A stretch of DNA of 41,349 nucleotides from a virus. Lineage: Duplodnaviria; Caudoviricetes. Position 1 is the first letter of the stretch. Every line of letters begins with the position of its first letter. A program made the translations under genes and the position numbers. Of this stretch, positions 36,280 to 41,349 are shown piece by piece. The stretch spans positions 1-41,349 of IMG/VR virus record IMGVR_UViG_3300045831_000017, one strand, 5' to 3'. Under the pieces are notes generated by a model that ran no database searches, was not told where the DNA came from, and saw only the letters and a list, made by a program, of their open reading frames with translations.

Positions 36280-36696
36280 TCAGGCCTCCTTACGGTGCTT
36301 CGGGGCGGTCTTGTCGGCGCCGGGGTCCTCGGGCGGGATGGAGCCCAGGACCATGACCGGGGTGGCGGCGATGGCGTCCAGCCACTCCTCGACGGGCATG
36401 CCGCGGACATCGTCGATGTCCTCGAACTCGGCGGCACCGCGGTCCACGGTGGTGTCGTCGACGGGGACCAGGTCCACCGACTCGTCCGGATCCGGGACAG
36501 GCTGTGGGCCGACGGTGCGGTGGAGCACGTCGACCTCGGCGGCCAGGGCGTGCACATCATCGAGGGCGGCTTCGGCGTCCTCCCGGGCAATGCGGGCGTC
36601 CGAGGACGCGGCGACGGCCAGACACCAGGCCCACACGGCGGCGGCTAGAGCGAGGGACGAGACGATCAGGAAGTAGGCGGTGGTTGCGGTGGTCAT
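36280..36696 (-). CDS. Membrane-anchored hypothetical protein
   Basis: N-terminal TM helix, coiled coil, acidic tail. Confidence 0.7.
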   Translation of the reverse strand: MTTATTAYFLIVSSLALAAAVWAWCLAVAASSDARIAREDAEAALDDVHALAAEVDVLHRTVGPQPVPDPDESVDLVPVDDTTVDRGAAEFEDIDDVRGMPVEEWLDAIAATPVMVLGSIPPEDPGADKTAPKHRKEA

Positions 36697-36884
36697 CGGG
36701 GACTCCTCGGGGTAGATCCCGGGCCAGGGGCCGGGCGGTTGTCGTAGGGGTGGGGGTATTCAGGGCGGGTGGACGCCAGAAGGGCCCGGAGGTGGGCCAG
36801 GACAGCGAGAGCCCGGCGGGGCGGTGACTGTCGGCGGACAGGCTGAGGCCGGAACATCGGCCGGCGAGAGGACGAGGGGGTCAC
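36693..36884 (-). CDS. Small basic hypothetical protein
   Basis: Start and stop both overlap the neighbouring genes. Confidence 0.5.
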   Translation of the reverse strand: MTPSSSRRPMFRPQPVRRQSPPRRALAVLAHLRALLASTRPEYPHPYDNRPAPGPGSTPRSPR

Positions 36885-37141
36885 AGATACTTCTCCCAGT
36901 TCGCGGCCCGGTCGACGGAGATCATGCGGGCCGCCGAGCGGCCACGCGGGGTGACCTCACCCGACCGCGAGACCAGGCCCTTGTGGACCAGGGACTGCCG
37001 GACCCGGTCCACGAGGTCCGCCCAATCGAGGTTCCCGTCCTTGAGCTCGACCAGGGCGTCCTTGTGCCCGGGGCTCATGCGTCGGACGACGTCCTCGACG
37101 GTGAGGGCGGAGTAGTCCACGGGAGTTCGTGAGCTCATCAT
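36881..37141 (-). CDS. Hypothetical protein, winged-helix-like
   Basis: MMSSRTP start after AAAGGA. RQSLVHKGLV...VTPRG wing motif. Confidence 0.65.
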   Translation of the reverse strand: MMSSRTPVDYSALTVEDVVRRMSPGHKDALVELKDGNLDWADLVDRVRQSLVHKGLVSRSGEVTPRGRSAARMISVDRAANWEKYL

Positions 37142-37362
37142 GCTGCGAGTCCTTTCTCGACTCCGATGCCGGCGATGCGGGCGATACGGGCACCGATCTC
37201 CTCGGCAGCGGCACGGCGGTCCTCGCCGGCGCCGTACTCCTCGGAGAGGCGGACGACTGCACTGACGAGAACTGCGATGGCGGCATTCTCCAGGTCGTCC
37301 TCGGTGCAGGAGATCGCGACCTGGACACCCTCGTTGGTGACGATGGCGGCGACAGTGCGCAT
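37138..37362 (-). CDS. Hypothetical protein
   Basis: 74 aa, coupled on both sides. Confidence 0.65.
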   Translation of the reverse strand: MRTVAAIVTNEGVQVAISCTEDDLENAAIAVLVSAVVRLSEEYGAGEDRRAAAEEIGARIARIAGIGVEKGLAA

Positions 37363-37973
37363 CAGAACCCGTCCTCTCGCGCTGCAGCCCGGGCAGCGAG
37401 CCGCTCGGCCAATCTCTCCCGGCGCTTCTCTGCGCGTGCCTCTGCACGGGCCACCCGCGCCTCGCGCTCGTCCCAGGCCTCCTGCTCCTCGCGGGCGACC
37501 TGCTCCGGGTCGACCTCAGGGGTCGGCGTGGGGGTCGGCGCGGGCGCCGGGGCCGGGTCAACCGGTTCGTCCGGATCCTCGACGAGGGCAGGTGAGGCAG
37601 TCGGGGCCGTGTCCTGCTCGTGCTCTGCGGCGACCGAGGCGACCAAGGCCTCGTCATCATCACCGGCGTCCGCCGGCAACGCGAGATAGTCCGCCAGGTC
37701 CGTCGCGGCGGTCCGAGCGGAGTCCCCGACGATCTCGACGAATTCCTGGGCCGTCAGCGGCGCGTCGTCCGCGCACTCCTCGTCGACCTTCTGCATCCAC
37801 TCGGCGCAGGACATGCCGCGCAGTGGCGCCCACTCGAGTTCGGTCTCGGCCAACTCCATGACCTTGTCCGCGATGATCTGGGCCCGGTCGCGGGCGAGCT
37901 GCTGGAGGACCAGCGGCGGCCAGCCTAGGGCGGCGAGCTCCTTGTCGGTGATGTGCGGGTTCACGGTGTTCAT
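37362..37973 (-). CDS. Hypothetical protein
   Basis: 203 aa, acidic, with PA/PT linker and C-terminal coil. Confidence 0.7.
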   Translation of the reverse strand: MNTVNPHITDKELAALGWPPLVLQQLARDRAQIIADKVMELAETELEWAPLRGMSCAEWMQKVDEECADDAPLTAQEFVEIVGDSARTAATDLADYLALPADAGDDDEALVASVAAEHEQDTAPTASPALVEDPDEPVDPAPAPAPTPTPTPEVDPEQVAREEQEAWDEREARVARAEARAEKRRERLAERLAARAAAREDGF

Positions 37974-38311
37974 CGGTGCACCGCCGACGACTGGAACAGG
38001 GTGCCGGCCACGGCGACGAGGACGGTGACGAGGACCAGGTCCCCGGCCATGCCGAGGCCACGGTGGACGTTGACGATGACGAGGGCGGCGAAGATCGTGG
38101 CCAGGATGACGCAGGCCGCGGTGAAGATCATCCCTTCGACGTAGCCCAGGCCGCTTCGACGACTGCTGGTGTCCTCATCGCCGTAGAAGTCGCCGGACGG
38201 GGTGTCCGGGCGGACCGGCGGCATCGGGCGGGTCTCGGGGTGGGTGGCGTGCCGGGGGCGGTGGCGGTCAGCGGCGCTTCCACTTCGCTGGTGGCGGGGC
38301 TGGGTGGTCAT
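37970..38311 (-). CDS. Membrane protein (2 TM)
   Basis: MTTQPRH start after AAGGA, two C-terminal hydrophobic helices. Confidence 0.65.
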   Translation of the reverse strand: MTTQPRHQRSGSAADRHRPRHATHPETRPMPPVRPDTPSGDFYGDEDTSSRRSGLGYVEGMIFTAACVILATIFAALVIVNVHRGLGMAGDLVLVTVLVAVAGTLFQSSAVHR

Positions 38312-38630
38312 GGCGGGGTCCTTCTGGTGTGGGGTAGGTCGTGCTGCTGACGGTGCGGCGGGTGCCTGTCGCGTCCTCGAGGTAGTCGAGAAGGGCAGCG
38401 AGCTTCTTCTGTGTCTCGGGTGACTGGATATCGGACGTCGCGTGGCGTCGGAGTGCCCCGACGTGGACGAGGAGCCCGTTCTGTCGGCGGCGGAGGGTCT
38501 TGTGGTCGACCGGGTCGCGGAAGCTGCTCGGCATGAGCCAGCAGACGTCGGCGTAGTCGACCCAGAGTCCGCCCGGTTCATCGGCACTCACCCCGATCAG
38601 GCGTCCGTTCCAGAGGAGTCGTCGGAACAT
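38268..38630 (-). CDS. Hypothetical protein, degenerate BRO-N-like
   Basis: WNGRLIGV...GLWVDYADVC resembles the BRO-N start. GGAGGA SD. Confidence 0.55.
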   Translation of the reverse strand: MFRRLLWNGRLIGVSADEPGGLWVDYADVCWLMPSSFRDPVDHKTLRRRQNGLLVHVGALRRHATSDIQSPETQKKLAALLDYLEDATGTRRTVSSTTYPTPEGPRHDHPAPPPAKWKRR

Positions 38631-38922
38631 CGTCGGTGTCCTCCTCGCGTGGCTCGTTGGCCTCGGTGCGGGACAGCGCGGCGGCGAGCGTGTCTGAGAG
38701 GATCACTCCTCGGGCGCGGGCGTCGGTGTCCTGCCGAGCCTGGGCGATGTCAGCGCGCAGACCACGCTCCTGGTCGGCCGTGAGGACACCGGAGGCGCTG
38801 GCGACGAGAGTGTCAGCCCACCGCAGAAAGTGCCTTCCCGTCGGGGCGTTGAGGAAGTGGGTGATCATGTCGTTGACGGTGGTGCGGACCTCGTGGGCCC
38901 GGTCCTCGGTCCAGCTCCTCAT
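38578..38922 (-). CDS. Hypothetical protein
   Basis: MRSWTEDRAHEV start overlapping the upstream stop. Confidence 0.65.
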   Translation of the reverse strand: MRSWTEDRAHEVRTTVNDMITHFLNAPTGRHFLRWADTLVASASGVLTADQERGLRADIAQARQDTDARARGVILSDTLAAALSRTEANEPREEDTDDVPTTPLERTPDRGECR

Positions 38923-39143
38923 GCTGCTGCTTCCTCGGTGTTGGTTGACGCCGGCGGGAATGCGGCGTCGACGTAGGCCTTCGGCCAGACCCACGTCCGC
39001 CCGGAACGGAAGGGGCGGAGGGTGTCGTCGAATCGGCCGGCGCGGGCGCCCTCGGCGAGGTTGGAGGGAGACAGACTGGTGATCATCGAGACTTCCTCCG
39101 TTTTGTAGGCCCGGCATTCGGGCGGGATGCTGGTATCGTTCAT
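38919..39143 (-). CDS. Excisionase-like (MerR/Xis HTH) protein
   Basis: YKTEEVSMITSLS...ARAG...RSGRTWVWP winged-HTH pattern. Confidence 0.65.
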   Translation of the reverse strand: MNDTSIPPECRAYKTEEVSMITSLSPSNLAEGARAGRFDDTLRPFRSGRTWVWPKAYVDAAFPPASTNTEEAAA

Positions 39144-39447
39144 GTGGCCTTCCTCTTCGAAGTCACTGCTCGTCGTCCTGTTGCACCAGGCGGCGGGCTT
39201 TTTCTGTCGGTGGGGGCGGAGCAGCTGGCACCTCTGGGGGTTAAGGAGTCCCCTGTCATGGGCCGGGTCCACCTGACGAGTTGGTCCGGTCCGACCTGAG
39301 GGGCGGATGCTGCTTTGACGGCGAGATCCTCGAGACCGTCGTTCACTCCGCGCCCTGTGGACCACTCCGCTCGCGACGGCGGTGCCGGCCTACGCCGGTG
39401 TGGTCCGGGTCGTGCCACTTCCCCATGGCGCGACCAGGGGATGCCTG

Positions 39448-39837
39448 CTATCCGATCCGGCCGTAGATCGCGTCGGCCCACTCGCCACCCGGCATTGAAG
39501 GCTCGACCGGCGTCCCGTTCGGGTGGATCGTGTGATGCAGCTCCGCGACCACGGGTACCTCCTCGCCTTCTTCGCCCGGTTCTGAGGTGGCATACAGCTC
39601 CATTCGGTTGATCTGCACACCGTTGCTGTAGACCCCGCGAGCGCCGCAGCGGATAGCCTCCTGCCGAATCGTGTCCCGAAGGGCATCGATGTTCGCCATG
39701 ACGCCTTCCATGTCGATGCACGCTTCCTCCGGGCACTCGGCCAGGAAACCGAGCTGCTCATTGAGGAAGCCCAGGAAGTCGGACTGATACAGGTAGGTCA
39801 GGTAGTCGGCGGCGGTGTAGTCAGTGCGGACGCTCAT
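39448..39837 (-). CDS. Hypothetical protein
   Basis: 129 aa, coupled to the antirepressor stop. Confidence 0.7.
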   Translation of the reverse strand: MSVRTDYTAADYLTYLYQSDFLGFLNEQLGFLAECPEEACIDMEGVMANIDALRDTIRQEAIRCGARGVYSNGVQINRMELYATSEPGEEGEEVPVVAELHHTIHPNGTPVEPSMPGGEWADAIYGRIG

Positions 39838-40667
39838 GCTCCCAGCTCCTTGAGTTCCTCATTTGTGATGAGCACGAGGCCGGTGCTGTGCTCGTTGGGG
39901 GTCAGCCCTTCCTTGATTAGGGCGTCGCGGAAGGCGATCTCGGCGTCCGGCTTCACCCGGGTCTGTAGCCTCTGCCGGCCTCCGTAGGTGCCTTCGCCGT
40001 GCTGGTAGAGGATTCCGTTGGCCTTGCGGAGCGGGGACATGTGGTTCGGCCCCTCCTTCGGTGACCCGTCTGGGTACTTCCTCCACCCGCGCTCGTCCTT
40101 GATCCAGTGCTTCTCGTAGAGGTGTGCGAAGAAGGTCATCTTCGGGACACTGGTGAAGTACTTTCCGCGGAAGTCGGAGATCTTCAATCCGTCACCGGCC
40201 TCAGTCGCCCGCTTCCACTTGTCGAGGGCTGCGTTCTTCCGCTCGATCTCCTCCCTGCGCGTCCGCTCCGCCTTGAGGTTGGTGGCGAGCTGGATGATGG
40301 TGTCTGGGTCGGTGAGGATCTGCTCGGTCTTCTCCGGGGTGAGGTAGCCACCGTGCTGCCGGATCGCGGGGAGTACCTCGCGGGTGACCCAGCGTCGGAA
40401 CTCGACGGCCTCCGGCTTGTCGCTACGGAGGATGACCTCATACATGCCCGCCTCGTCCACGACGGTGACGTTGGGGTTCCCTCGATTACCGTCCGTCAGG
40501 CGGACGGTATTCACGCTCTCCGGGTCGAGTCGCGCCCGGACGTTGCGAGGGTTGGCGATCTCCAGGACGGTGCAGAGGTCGGTGAGGACGAAGCGGGGCT
40601 CGCCGTCCGCGGCGGTGATCACGCGGACCAGGTGACCATGGAAGTCGAACGGGGTGATCGCGCTCAT
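39834..40667 (-). CDS. Antirepressor (BRO-N plus KilA-C-like)
   Basis: FDFHGHLVRV..GEPRFV..DLC, RSDKPEAVEFRRWVT.EVLPAIR.HGGY and LTDPDTIIQLA. Confidence 0.9.
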   Translation of the reverse strand: MSAITPFDFHGHLVRVITAADGEPRFVLTDLCTVLEIANPRNVRARLDPESVNTVRLTDGNRGNPNVTVVDEAGMYEVILRSDKPEAVEFRRWVTREVLPAIRQHGGYLTPEKTEQILTDPDTIIQLATNLKAERTRREEIERKNAALDKWKRATEAGDGLKISDFRGKYFTSVPKMTFFAHLYEKHWIKDERGWRKYPDGSPKEGPNHMSPLRKANGILYQHGEGTYGGRQRLQTRVKPDAEIAFRDALIKEGLTPNEHSTGLVLITNEELKELGA

Positions 40668-40765
40668 GCCGTCACCTGCTCTTCGACTGCGAAGCGGTCG
40701 GCGTCGGCCTCCCACTTGGCTGCTATCGTGCGCAGACCGACGGCGATGTCGTAGTTCTCAGTCAT
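40664..40765 (-). CDS. 33-aa hypothetical protein, not in the ORF track
   Basis: MTENYDIAVGLRTIAAKWEADADRFAVEEQVTA, with ATGA overlaps at both ends. Confidence 0.6.
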   Translation of the reverse strand: MTENYDIAVGLRTIAAKWEADADRFAVEEQVTA

Positions 40766-41115
40766 GACGCTGCTCCTGCTGTGACTCGTGTCCACCGGAT
40801 GGTCCGGCGGTGTTTGGGGTCCCGGTAGTCAATGTCCGCGATGACGTCTTCTCCTTCTTGCGGCCACATGATGGCGATCTGGGGCACAGACAGTGCCTCA
40901 GCAATCCGAGCGAGGAGGACGTTCGAAATCCGTCTACGGCCTGCCTCAACGTTGGACATCTGCGGTCGAGACACCCCGACTGCATTCGCCAGTTCGTCTA
41001 CGGAGGCCCCGCTCTTCTCCCGGATCGCCCGGATGGTCGCCCCCATACGGACAAGCTCGTCGTCCGGCCTCGGTGTCGGCGACTGCTTGCGGGGGGTTCC
41101 CGTCTTGCTAGCCAT
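40762..41115 (-). CDS. Cro-like XRE HTH regulator
   Basis: IRAIREKSGASVDELANAVGVSRPQMSNVEAGRR, divergent from the repressor. Confidence 0.85.
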   Translation of the reverse strand: MASKTGTPRKQSPTPRPDDELVRMGATIRAIREKSGASVDELANAVGVSRPQMSNVEAGRRRISNVLLARIAEALSVPQIAIMWPQEGEDVIADIDYRDPKHRRTIRWTRVTAGAAS

Positions 41116-41145
41116 AGTCAGCTCCCGTCGTTTCGTTCTAGCAAG

Positions 41146-41175
41146 ACCGTACCCGAACGACTTGAAACATGTCAA
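41146..41175 (-). promoter_or_regulatory. Early lytic promoter driving cro
   Basis: TTGACA, 18 nt spacer, TACGGT on the minus strand. ATGTTTCA overlaps the -35. Confidence 0.6.
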
Positions 41176-41222
41176 CGGATCGACATGAAACATAGTAGGC
41201 TAGAGTGCATATCCGCAGGTCG

Positions 41223-41349
41223 CGTGAAACTGCCATGCGCGTAGTTACACGCCTGGGTTTCAGCGGAACAGGCGGTTCTTGCGTCCGTGTCCACGTTGAT
41301 GTTTCACATGGTTTCCGACACACTTACCGGTATGACTAGTGACGGACAG
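41223..41349. repeat. Terminal direct repeat, copy 2
   Basis: Identical to 1-127. Confidence 0.95.

Noticed and set aside
39140-39447. Possible short ORF(s) between the 129-aa gene and the xis-like gene
   Set aside because: An open frame exists, but the start and coding signal are too ambiguous to call.

Overview
The window is a complete, circularly assembled temperate actinobacteriophage genome (siphovirus, high GC, host probably a corynebacterium or relative, which is inference). Its unique length is 41,222 bp, because bases 1-127 repeat exactly at 41223-41349. A rightward lysogeny operon runs repressor, DUF6932-like nucleotidyltransferase, unknown partner, lipoprotein, tyrosine integrase, and ends at attP. 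Nearly everything else runs leftward: cro, antirepressor, early genes, WhiB-like and HNH-containing replication genes, HNH/cos, a stand-alone prim-pol, terminases, portal, MuF-like protein, scaffold, capsid, head-tail genes, tail tube, chaperones, tape measure, minor tails, endolysin and holin. Five observations stand out. (1) The capsid and tail-tube genes end in the same 53-bp cassette, which appears to program a -1 frameshift appending a matching 3x GL(R/H)P peptide to both proteins, possibly a docking tag for the adjacent fibre protein. (2) The MuF-like head protein carries a C-terminal EndoU-type toxin domain, followed by a coupled immunity-like gene and a tRNA-like element with an enlarged anticodon loop. 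(3) A nucleotidyltransferase-plus-partner cassette coupled to the repressor is a candidate prophage defence system. (4) attP carries the 5' end of a conserved host protein-coding gene. (5) A self-contained, counter-oriented unit encodes a 32-aa amphipathic peptide. All family assignments come from motifs recognised by eye, not from database searches.
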